In this document: positions 9,899 through 18,536 of the stretch, piece by piece
Layout: each line of letters opens with the position of its first letter
Numbering within the stretch: position 1 is the stretch's first letter
Source: Candidatus Doudnabacteria bacterium RIFCSPHIGHO2_02_FULL_42_25
Lineage (GTDB): Bacteria > Patescibacteriota > Doudnabacteria > UBA920 > O2-02-FULL-48-8
Direction of reading: 5' to 3'
Assembly: GCA_001777665.1 (NCBI GenBank)
Contig: MFEQ01000006.1
Span: 213,442-277,441 of the forward strand
DNA: 64,000 nucleotides
Position numbers and translations under genes: made by a program
The notes under the pieces: generated by a model
What the model saw: only the letters and a program-made list of their open reading frames with translations
What the model was told of the DNA's origin: nothing
Database searches by the model: none

Positions 9899-10228
9899 TC
9901 AGTTGCTTTGAATAAATAAATTTCTTAATTCATCAAGAAGTTTTTTTACATCCTCTTTTGAGACTCCGTCGTATAAAGCTTCAAAGTCTCCATTTTCGTA
10001 ATAGAGAAGTTCTAACGCATTTATCACAACTTCCAATTTTTTTATTGGGATACTACTATTATTTTTCTCAAAATCATTCAGAGCAGATCCGAATTCTTTT
10101 TCAGTTGCAACAAATTTAATTTTATTGGGTTTATATGGGTAACCCCGGGCATCGATCAAACTCTTAGCAATTATGTATGATTCATCCTTAGCAAAACCAA
10201 GTACTATATTATTTTTTAATTCAATCAT
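9899..10228 (-). CDS. hypothetical protein, candidate cognate immunity protein of the RHS toxin
   Basis: 109-aa ORF starting 5 bp after the RHS stop. This is the canonical position for an immunity gene (inference). Confidence 0.4.
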   Translation of the reverse strand: MIELKNNIVLGFAKDESYIIAKSLIDARGYPYKPNKIKFVATEKEFGSALNDFEKNNSSIPIKKLEVVINALELLYYENGDFEALYDGVSKEDVKKLLDELRNLFIQSN

Positions 10229-10232
10229 ATTA

Positions 10233-13200
10233 TTATCTGTTAATATCTTTCTTTATGGTATCTTTTAAATACTCCAATCCATTTTTCGGCTGAAATAATG
10301 TTGGTTGTTTCGGATTATTTATAAACAAGTTATTGTTCTTAGAATCATAATAATACTTCTTAATACCCTTAATATTAACCTTAATATCAAAGCTTTCGAA
10401 CGTTTTTTTAGCGATATTAGATATTTCTTGTTTAGACAGTCCTGGGTAATGATTTTTAATTATGGCATGCTCTGCTGCTCTATCGAATGCACTGGTTTTT
10501 GTAGTTGAACGTAAAGGAACAATTACAGAACTCTTACTCTTGGTATCAAGAACTTTATCTAAAGTTCTTATAAGATTATTTATTTCTTTAGCACGACCGG
10601 TTGTGGCAACCTTTGTTGCAGCAACTCCAGCACCCATAGTGTAAATAGTGCCTGCCGTCATCCCAATTTCTAGAGAGGTTGCAATAACGTTTGCAGTTGT
10701 TAATGTTGTGTCCTTTACTCCTCTACCGACTCGTCCCCAATCGCCGTCGAAAAGTCCTTCGGCTATATCATCAAATGATTCGCCGTACAAATAATGAACG
10801 GGATTATACTTATCCAGGAAATTAACGGCGTTAACCAAACTCCTCGGTAAATGACCGTCAGGATCTATGTAAGCAAGCGGGTTATTCCTCGCATAACTGT
10901 AGCTATTCAGTAGTTGTGGGTCACTCAAAACTTCAATCTGACCTGAACCTAGCCCTATAAATACTGGATCCTGGCTGATGAACCTACCAATACTACTATT
11001 GTAATACCTGGCGTTCATATATGACAACCCCGTATCCACGTCATACTCATGCCCAGCAAATTTTCGCTGCTCACTAAAGGTTCCCTGTTTCTGATCCAAT
11101 CTAATTCCACCGAATGGAAAATAATCCATTAACTCTTCTTGCAGACCGGTATTATTGGTCACAACATTTGATCCAGTTAAATGATCAGTATGTACAGAAT
11201 ATACTGAAGCACTGGCGCCAACTCCTTTGACGGTTGCAACTGTTTGAGTAGTCGGAGACACTATGTGTTTAGTAGGTACTGTGCCATCTGTGTTGTAAAA
11301 ACCGGTGGGATAATCAGTACTGATGCTACCATTCGATGATCTTACTCTTTGCCCCTCGTGGTCATAAGCATAATTTATGGTTGTTTGATTTGCATATGTA
11401 ACTTCAAGAACAGGATCGAAAGCAGTGCCGCTGTATTCAGAAGATCTTAGAGTCAACTGGTTGCCGCCTTTTCCACCAGTATAAGAACTGTTAATTACAT
11501 CGTGTCCTTCTCTTAGAGCTAGTAATGTATTACCAGTTTTCGAAATCCATCCCTTTCCCGTATTGTTCAAATTAAGCGTCAAGTAGGCGTTCGTACTGAC
11601 ATTAGTTATATCTTTGCGTTCTGAAGTATCTATGCCTTCAGTTGGATTAGTTATGGCTCCCGCGTTATCATAGTCATTTAAAACTAGACTAGTTGGGCTG
11701 GCTTGAGAGCCTTGCACTACCGTTACCCAATCATCACCATCGTTATCAGGATTGGTTTTACCATGCACATATACTTTCAATTTTGCATCGACTATGGAGG
11801 TGTTATCTGGTAAAGCAGAAGTATTGAAAGCCAGAAAGGCTCTTTCAATTCGATAAGTACTGTTATTTGTTTTTCCAGCCTGAACAGGCATGGTGGTGGA
11901 AGTATAACTTTGGCCTGAACCACTAGTAGCGTCATGAACACCACTCCAAGTGGAATAATTTTTATAAACATTACCATCACCCGATTGAACAGAAAATGTA
12001 GTCGTAGTGTTCGAACCGCCAGCTAACGATGCTTGGATCAAGCGGTTGTTATAATCGTAGACATAATTCTTATTACCTTCAGTTATCATATTCCCGTTGC
12101 TGTCATAACTAAAAGTTGTTGTGTTTGTTCCGTCACTAATACTTGTCACTGCATGGGGATTGGCATATCTGGAACCAGAGCTGCCATCATATGCATACGT
12201 ATAAATAGTTGTAGGATTAATTCCGATTGTTTCGGCACGAGTTAAAATATTACCAATGGCATCATAGGAGTACGTTTGACCATAAGTCGATTGGCCGGCC
12301 GCGACATTCGTTGCTGCGGTTGACATCAGTCGATTTAGATCATCATAAGTATAATCAACTGTCTTACTGGAGTTAGTATCAGAACCATCAACAATTCGGG
12401 TTATATTTCCATTAGGGTCATATGTATAACTAAGATTTTGCAACTTCAAACCATTAGCAGCTGTCGTGTTTTTATTAGTTAAACGATACAGTTTTGTAGA
12501 ATCATAAATGTTTGATGTAACTGGACCATTTGCGTAAGCTTGATAAGTAACTTGACCGTGTGGACCATAGTCCAGATCGCTCACTACATTTACAAACGAA
12601 CCGTCTGTAGCTTCTTTCCTTTTGATGGTTTCTAATTGGCCGCCTTGATTGTATGCATATTTTATTTTAGAATTATCTGGATTGGTAACTTCCAACAAAT
12701 TTCCTTGACGGTCATAGTTATAATCAGTTTGATAACTTGTTGAACTGATAGTTTTTGCTTCTTGTTTCAGTCCGCCCAAAGGATTATATAGATAATCAGT
12801 ATTTGCTCCCGAGGACTGCACTGAAGTTAGTCTACCAATTCCATCAATACCAGAATCGTAATTATACGTAACTTCTGTTCCTGCTTGGCCAATATAGTTT
12901 TCAGTTAGTCTTCGGTTGATATCGTCATATGTGTACTCGACTTGCTGATTGTTTGGGTTTGTACTTGAGATAAGATTGCTCGAATCATCGTAAATATAGC
13001 TCCATAGACCGAAGGTTGTGTCAGTAGGATTATGTAAATCTTCTGATCCTATGCGACGGCCTAACCCATCATAGCTAAAATTGCGAATGTTACCCGAAGC
13101 ATCAGTTATCTTGGTGAGGTTACCTAAATAATTATAATCATAATGAGTGGTATAAGTATTTCCGGAATTAAATTCTTCAACCTTTACCAAATTCCCGTAT

Positions 13201-16200
13201 GCATCTTTATACAGATTTTTGATCTTGCCTTTTGGATCAATTACGGTAAATTTCTGATCATTGTAAATATTACTTGAAGTACCTACCGCATTCGTAACAC
13301 TAACCACTCTTTGCATCGGATCATAGGTGTGCAGAGTTAAAAGGTTAGGGTTTGTATTAACTGATGTTTTACTAAACCCATTTGAAAAGTATGGCAAAGA
13401 TTGTTTATAAACCTGTCCGAGGTTGTTATAAACCGTATCAGCGACGGAGTAAACATTGTTATCTTCTGTCTCTTTCCTGATTTGCACAGGTCTATTCAAA
13501 CCATCATAGTAGGTATAAGTATCGACAGCGTTAGAATTGTCTAAATAATCAGTTTTCTTCGAACTCACGGCACCCGGAGTATCAGTATATACATACTCTG
13601 TTTTCACTACTATGGTTTGCGGATCAGTTAAATCCGGCTGTTTCTCGGCAATGACGCGATCCAGGCCATCATAAACAGATTGAAACACTCGAGAATTAAT
13701 ATCAGTAATCTGCTTGGGTTTGCCTAATGAGTAATCGTAGACATACGAGGTGCTTTGGTTTAAAGCATTCGTAACTGTTGCTGGATAAAGATTATTTGTA
13801 TCGTAAACATAACTGGTGGCTTTACCTCGCGGATCAATATCAGTAGTTATTAATCCAAATGTTGGATCATAATTTTTTTGAATACTTACATAACTCGAAC
13901 CTGCTTTCCAATTTTCCTGTTGAGTGAGATTCCCCCTAGAATCATAGCTGTACTTAGTTTCCTTGACCTTATTCGAACTTTGGTCAACTGTGGTTTCTTG
14001 ACTTGGGTACGCATAAATGTAGTACGTTGCATTAGCGACATAAGAAAAGTCCGTTGTAAATTTATCAGTTCCTGTATCGGTATATGCTCCATCATCGCTG
14101 CCAGTAACTTCTCCCCATTCTATCTTTTGACTCAGATTGCCAGTGGTGTTGCTGTAAGTATATTCTTCTGTCTTGTCTTTGTGATCCGCATCACCATCGT
14201 AAGTAAGTTCTGTGGTTCTTACAAGTTTAACAAAATTCCTACTATTACCAAGATCATATTTATCCCATTTGTTGACTGTTTTAAGATAAATATTACTGCT
14301 TCCGTCTTTCATTTCTGATCTGTATAGTTTACCAACTTTGGAGATGTGATCACTATATTCACCATTACTACTATCAGTAGTGTTACCTTGATGGTAATAC
14401 GTTTTAGTGACTTGACCAGCCGCATTAGTTTTATTGATTATATTAAATCCGGCAAATTGTCTATCAAATGAAGTGTTAAAGTAATAACTGCCGCTCTCAT
14501 AACTATATGAAGTTGTGTAAGTGGAATTTACTTTGTCGTCGTTAGTAAGTTGATAGACAGTGTCTAAATTAATTCTTGCACTCGGATTTAATAGAGTTGA
14601 GCCACTAACATACCTAGCACTGGCTTTGTAAATAACAGCTGTCGTTCCAGCACTTGGATATGTAATTTTATTTGTAAGGTCAGCTTTGTTTCTATTATTA
14701 AATCTCGTGCTGCTCACAACACCATTACTACTATAAGCGCGGATGAGATCAACCATCCCATCAGCGTTTATATCCACTGCTTGAGTGCCGGTCTCTCCGT
14801 TACTACTGGTGACAAATTCCTCAACAGCGCCCCAATTAGTTCCTGTTTGCGTCCATCCATAACCGTTGTTATAGTAGCTTACTGGCGTCCCACCGCCAAT
14901 AAATTTTGATAAATCTATCAATCCATCACCATTGAAATCAAATGGACGTACTCCTTCATCAACATTGCTTCTAAATACCATTGGTGGAGCCCAAGAAGTA
15001 TTATTTGAAGTCCAACCTGCACCATTACCCAGATACGCTTCTTTGTACTGAGTTTGTCCATTTTGCCATCCACGCAACAAATCGGCTAATCCATCATTAT
15101 TGATATCTATAATAAATACACCTAATTTCAAATCAACTGGCACTATCCAATTTACCGAAGTCCAACCTGCACCATTATTAAGATATACATCGTCAACAAT
15201 AGTGCCATTATTATCATAACCTCTAATTACATCCACTAGTCCGTCACCATTTAAATCAGCCAATTGTGACGTGTATGAATCACCCGAGGATGAAGGACCA
15301 AAGGGTATCGGTGAATACCAAGTGGAATTATCTGCTGACCAGCCACTTCCAGTATTTAAATATGCTTTATTGACACCAACTGTGGCCTGCAGAATATCAT
15401 TAAGTCCGTCTCCGTTCACGTCAGCTATTCGAACACCCTGGTCTACTCCTGAACTATCAAAAAACTGAATTGGAGGTTGATAACTAGCACTTGTTGTCCA
15501 AGTACCATCTTGGTCGTTTAGATAGGCTGTTTTTGTGCTCCCATATGAATGGAGAATATCAGGGTAGGCATCACCATTAACATCAGCAATATATACTTCA
15601 CTGAAAGGGACTGGATACGTCCAATTAGTATCGTTAGAGTTATAGTTAGAGCTCCCATTATTGTTTGTTATTTGGTAATCAAAATCTGTTACAGGGAGTG
15701 AAACCGTGTTTGAACTTTCGTCTTGACCAGTTTCTGTAATAGTATTTAAGACATATCTTCGTCCATTATCTGCTGCTGTATATGCTAAAGCCCATTTCCT
15801 GGCCCAAGTATCACTAATTTTTGCTTGAATCTCATAAATTCTGTAGCTAGTAGTCACACTAAACCCAGGCTTATAACTAATTGTTGAATCTGATCTAGAT
15901 TCTTTTAAAAATTCGATGACAAAGATACCATCAGTTGAACCATTTCCTGTATATGTAATCTTGTATGGATAAATCTGGCCAGCATCCTTTGTATATTCGT
16001 ATTTGATATAGTTTTCATTTCTATCTCTAACTTCTTGAAGCATCCATTTGTAGATATTACTTCCGCTATCTTGTCTTTCCGCAGCATTTGTTCCAAATTT
16101 ATATGCAGTTCCTTTCTTATCTTTTACTGTCCAAACATTGTCAGTTAAATCATAGGTTAAAAATTCACCATTATCGACTTTGGAACCCCAAGATGAACCA

Positions 16201-16802
16201 CTAATTAAATAAAGTTCTCCCGTAAATGATGAATTGAAATAATTATCTGTATATAGCTTATCAGCTCCTTTGCGATTAATTCGTTCGATATACGGAATAT
16301 TTACAGACCAACCATAAGAAAATACACTTCCTTCATCGTTAGACTGACTGCTGTATACCAATGCAACATCTGGTTGAAGCCCGTTTCGGCCAGGAGGAAT
16401 AGTTAATGGGTATTGATAATTTAATGAACCATTCACTTCACTAACTTGTGGGAGTTTTTGGCCTGCAACAGTGTTCTTACCTGAGTCAGGACCAGGACTC
16501 GAGGCCAAAAGATTAGTTGCTTCAGGATCGGAATCTTTGCCTTTATCCTTATCTTTGATAGGTTTGGGATCTTTATTATTTTCTGAAAAATCTTTCTCAT
16601 CCTTAAGCTGCTTATCCTCATTAGTTTCTGATTTTTTATTTTGTTCGGGTTCTGGTTCCGAAGATATCTCAGATGCGGATTGATCTACTTCCTTAATGGG
16701 TTCAATCGGCAACTCGGATTCTGCAGCGAAAACGGGAGTAAAGGGCGTAATGAGAATAAAGAATGCCACCACTATCGCAACCAGACTTTTGGAGTTAGTC
16801 AT
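10233..16802 (-). CDS. RHS/YD-repeat polymorphic toxin (2189 aa) with signal peptide, FG-GAP-like DxNGDG repeats, YD repeats, RHS core and a variable C-terminal toxin domain
   Basis: Signal peptide MTNSKSLVAIVVAFFILITPF. Repeats DVNGDGLNDIL and DLNGDGLVDVI. Many YxYDxxGN(L/I) YD repeats. RHS core ...GRFISQDPVF...NPLAYIDPDGH, followed by an approx 205-aa tail. Confidence 0.85.
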   Translation of the reverse strand: MTNSKSLVAIVVAFFILITPFTPVFAAESELPIEPIKEVDQSASEISSEPEPEQNKKSETNEDKQLKDEKDFSENNKDPKPIKDKDKGKDSDPEATNLLASSPGPDSGKNTVAGQKLPQVSEVNGSLNYQYPLTIPPGRNGLQPDVALVYSSQSNDEGSVFSYGWSVNIPYIERINRKGADKLYTDNYFNSSFTGELYLISGSSWGSKVDNGEFLTYDLTDNVWTVKDKKGTAYKFGTNAAERQDSGSNIYKWMLQEVRDRNENYIKYEYTKDAGQIYPYKITYTGNGSTDGIFVIEFLKESRSDSTISYKPGFSVTTSYRIYEIQAKISDTWARKWALAYTAADNGRRYVLNTITETGQDESSNTVSLPVTDFDYQITNNNGSSNYNSNDTNWTYPVPFSEVYIADVNGDAYPDILHSYGSTKTAYLNDQDGTWTTSASYQPPIQFFDSSGVDQGVRIADVNGDGLNDILQATVGVNKAYLNTGSGWSADNSTWYSPIPFGPSSSGDSYTSQLADLNGDGLVDVIRGYDNNGTIVDDVYLNNGAGWTSVNWIVPVDLKLGVFIIDINNDGLADLLRGWQNGQTQYKEAYLGNGAGWTSNNTSWAPPMVFRSNVDEGVRPFDFNGDGLIDLSKFIGGGTPVSYYNNGYGWTQTGTNWGAVEEFVTSSNGETGTQAVDINADGMVDLIRAYSSNGVVSSTRFNNRNKADLTNKITYPSAGTTAVIYKASARYVSGSTLLNPSARINLDTVYQLTNDDKVNSTYTTSYSYESGSYYFNTSFDRQFAGFNIINKTNAAGQVTKTYYHQGNTTDSSNGEYSDHISKVGKLYRSEMKDGSSNIYLKTVNKWDKYDLGNSRNFVKLVRTTELTYDGDADHKDKTEEYTYSNTTGNLSQKIEWGEVTGSDDGAYTDTGTDKFTTDFSYVANATYYIYAYPSQETTVDQSSNKVKETKYSYDSRGNLTQQENWKAGSSYVSIQKNYDPTFGLITTDIDPRGKATSYVYDTNNLYPATVTNALNQSTSYVYDYSLGKPKQITDINSRVFQSVYDGLDRVIAEKQPDLTDPQTIVVKTEYVYTDTPGAVSSKKTDYLDNSNAVDTYTYYDGLNRPVQIRKETEDNNVYSVADTVYNNLGQVYKQSLPYFSNGFSKTSVNTNPNLLTLHTYDPMQRVVSVTNAVGTSSNIYNDQKFTVIDPKGKIKNLYKDAYGNLVKVEEFNSGNTYTTHYDYNYLGNLTKITDASGNIRNFSYDGLGRRIGSEDLHNPTDTTFGLWSYIYDDSSNLISSTNPNNQQVEYTYDDINRRLTENYIGQAGTEVTYNYDSGIDGIGRLTSVQSSGANTDYLYNPLGGLKQEAKTISSTSYQTDYNYDRQGNLLEVTNPDNSKIKYAYNQGGQLETIKRKEATDGSFVNVVSDLDYGPHGQVTYQAYANGPVTSNIYDSTKLYRLTNKNTTAANGLKLQNLSYTYDPNGNITRIVDGSDTNSSKTVDYTYDDLNRLMSTAATNVAAGQSTYGQTYSYDAIGNILTRAETIGINPTTIYTYAYDGSSGSRYANPHAVTSISDGTNTTTFSYDSNGNMITEGNKNYVYDYNNRLIQASLAGGSNTTTTFSVQSGDGNVYKNYSTWSGVHDATSGSGQSYTSTTMPVQAGKTNNSTYRIERAFLAFNTSALPDNTSIVDAKLKVYVHGKTNPDNDGDDWVTVVQGSQASPTSLVLNDYDNAGAITNPTEGIDTSERKDITNVSTNAYLTLNLNNTGKGWISKTGNTLLALREGHDVINSSYTGGKGGNQLTLRSSEYSGTAFDPVLEVTYANQTTINYAYDHEGQRVRSSNGSISTDYPTGFYNTDGTVPTKHIVSPTTQTVATVKGVGASASVYSVHTDHLTGSNVVTNNTGLQEELMDYFPFGGIRLDQKQGTFSEQRKFAGHEYDVDTGLSYMNARYYNSSIGRFISQDPVFIGLGSGQIEVLSDPQLLNSYSYARNNPLAYIDPDGHLPRSLVNAVNFLDKYNPVHYLYGESFDDIAEGLFDGDWGRVGRGVKDTTLTTANVIATSLEIGMTAGTIYTMGAGVAATKVATTGRAKEINNLIRTLDKVLDTKSKSSVIVPLRSTTKTSAFDRAAEHAIIKNHYPGLSKQEISNIAKKTFESFDIKVNIKGIKKYYYDSKNNNLFINNPKQPTLFQPKNGLEYLKDTIKKDINR
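10236..10852 (-). other. variable C-terminal toxin tip of the RHS protein (after the DPDGH motif), unknown family, glycine-zipper-like segment
   Basis: Sequence downstream of the PLAYIDPDGH cleavage/demarcation motif. Contains GMTAGTIYTMGAGVAATKVATTG. AT-richer than the body of the gene. Confidence 0.5.
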
Positions 16803-16822
16803 AAATAAAATATTAATTATGC

Positions 16823-16863
16823 ACTAACGCTAGCATTGATAGGATTGTTGTCAATATTTGACA
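16823..16863 (-). promoter_or_regulatory. conserved promoter-like element (TTGACA-N17-TAGCGT on minus strand) upstream of the RHS gene; second copy at 26988..27027
   Basis: A roughly 40-bp block with about 75% identity to 26988..27027. Both copies lie 20-45 bp upstream of the start codon of a giant secreted-protein gene. Confidence 0.5.
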
Positions 16864-16890
16864 GTAAAATCTATATAGTATAGATTGAAG

Positions 16891-16938
16891 AAATGCTAGC
16901 ATTTTTAATACTGTTGGAGGTCTCCAACACTAGCATTT
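16891..16938 (+). promoter_or_regulatory. palindromic operator-like region upstream of the trmB-family gene
   Basis: AATGCTAGCATT 12-bp palindrome, TGTTGGAG-GT-CTCCAACA inverted repeat and a second CTAGCATTT copy, all ending at the start codon. Confidence 0.4.
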
Positions 16939-17745
16939 ATGAATATGACTGATACTTTACTCAAACAACTAAAAGCCGGAGGGTTGTCTGAAAAAGAGGC
17001 CAAAATCTACCTAGCCCTACTGGAACTTGAGGTTGCTACCGTGTTCGAAGTAGCTAAAACTTCAGGAGTTAATCGCAGTTCAGCTTACGTCGTACTCGAA
17101 GGACTAAAAAAGAAGGGTCTGGTGGGGATTTCTGATGACCAAAAAGTGCGCAAGTATATTGCAGCATCCCCCGATACTCTTCTTCATTCAGCCAAATCAG
17201 CTGCAAAAAAACAAGAGGATATAAAGTCAGGGATCGAATCCATAATCCCAGAACTTCGAGCATTACACAAAGCAACAAAAAGAAGACCTATCGTCAAAGT
17301 CTTTGAAGGTGAAAATGGTGCAAAAGAAGTATATTGGCAACTGTTCTCATCAACTGACAAAATACTAAGAACTTATGCCAATCCAATTAACATTTTTAAA
17401 CGTATTCCGGACTTTGAAATTCATGATAAAGAAAGGGCAAAAAGAGGCATTAAAATGTTTGCTATAAATCCAGCATCAAACGAAACTCTTAAATTCCTCA
17501 AAGATATACGGCCTCATAAACCTTACGAGCAAGCACTGATTCCAGAAAACAAATTTAGATTTACATCAGATATGGGAATATTCGGAGATAAAATTGCTTT
17601 AGTCTCTCCTGTAGATAATTTTGGGATTATTATTGAAAGTAAGGAAATTGCGGACATGCTTAAAAATAGTTTCGATTTGGCTTGGGAGGAAGCCAAACGA
17701 TTAGATAAAATAATACGAAAAAAATACAAAATACCTAAAGACTAA
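16939..17745 (+). CDS. TrmB-family transcriptional regulator
   Basis: N-terminal wHTH LSEKEAKIYLALLELEVATVFEVAKTSGVNRSSAYVVLEGLKKKGLV typical of TrmB. Approx 270 aa with a C-terminal effector domain. Confidence 0.65.
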   Translation: MNMTDTLLKQLKAGGLSEKEAKIYLALLELEVATVFEVAKTSGVNRSSAYVVLEGLKKKGLVGISDDQKVRKYIAASPDTLLHSAKSAAKKQEDIKSGIESIIPELRALHKATKRRPIVKVFEGENGAKEVYWQLFSSTDKILRTYANPINIFKRIPDFEIHDKERAKRGIKMFAINPASNETLKFLKDIRPHKPYEQALIPENKFRFTSDMGIFGDKIALVSPVDNFGIIIESKEIADMLKNSFDLAWEEAKRLDKIIRKKYKIPKD

Positions 17746-17746
17746 A

Positions 17747-18430
17747 TTATTCTATTAATTTTTCGAGTCGGTCGATTTCAGCTTGGTACAAGCTTTTTCT
17801 CAAAGGAAAAAGTTCAATTGCTTTTTGCCAATACCCTATCGCGTCCTTTAAATTACGAGTCTCTTCTAAAAATTGGGCGTAGCGAGTAACGATATCAATC
17901 TCAGTTTTATCGGGTACCGCTGCTAATGCGTCTTGAAAAATTTTATCGAGTTGCTCACTGTTAGCATTGAAATATTCTTTCATCAGAGTAATATACTTGA
18001 TCCAAATATCAGGAGTGCCGGCTCCTAACTCTAGTGCTTTCAAAATATGTTCTTTCGCTGATTCATAATCCTGCATTTCCAATTCCACCTGATACAGCAG
18101 AGTGTAAACTCCAGCTTGGTTTTCGACATTATATCTTTCTGCTTTTAGATAGTCCTCTTTGGCTTTGCCTAACTGCCCTAAGCCATATTTCTGATTACCA
18201 ATAACAATATATGCTTCGTATTTCTCAAGATCTGTATTGGCTTCTGTTAATTTTCTCTCGCCTTCTGCGAGTCGATCCAGATAGATTTTACGTTGCTCAT
18301 CTGTAAGCGTCCGGTTAACTTCATTTACGAAATTGGGTTTGTCGGCACGATCTTGAATCATTGTATAGGCAAAAAATCCGACGAATAGTAGAACCACCGC
18401 GATGATTCCTATTTTTACATTTCTTTCCAT
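17747..18430 (-). CDS. TPR-repeat protein with N-terminal membrane anchor
   Basis: N-terminal TM IGIIAVVLLFVGFFAYTMI followed by TPR-like helical repeats (AxxxYxxA patterns). Confidence 0.55.
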   Translation of the reverse strand: MERNVKIGIIAVVLLFVGFFAYTMIQDRADKPNFVNEVNRTLTDEQRKIYLDRLAEGERKLTEANTDLEKYEAYIVIGNQKYGLGQLGKAKEDYLKAERYNVENQAGVYTLLYQVELEMQDYESAKEHILKALELGAGTPDIWIKYITLMKEYFNANSEQLDKIFQDALAAVPDKTEIDIVTRYAQFLEETRNLKDAIGYWQKAIELFPLRKSLYQAEIDRLEKLIE

Positions 18431-18457
18431 ATTTTATAAATTAATTGCCAAATTATT

Positions 18458-18506
18458 TTATCAAATCAAAATCGTCCCGACAAGAGTCGGGACGATTTTG
18501 CTAGAA
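18458..18506 (-). terminator. rho-independent (bidirectional-type) terminator after the 1190-aa gene
   Basis: ATCGTCCCGAC-aaga-GTCGGGACGAT hairpin flanked by A- and T-tracts. Adjacent perfect 18-bp palindrome TAGCTTTCTAGAAAGCTA at 18515..18532. Confidence 0.6.
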
Positions 18507-18536
18507 TTTATAGCTTTCTAGAAAGCTAACCCACGA

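Noticed and set aside
13878-14318. 146-aa plus-strand ORF and several 60-100-aa ORFs inside the RHS gene and the 1190-aa surface protein gene
   Set aside because: Embedded in long, clearly coding minus-strand genes. No RBS. Skewed composition.
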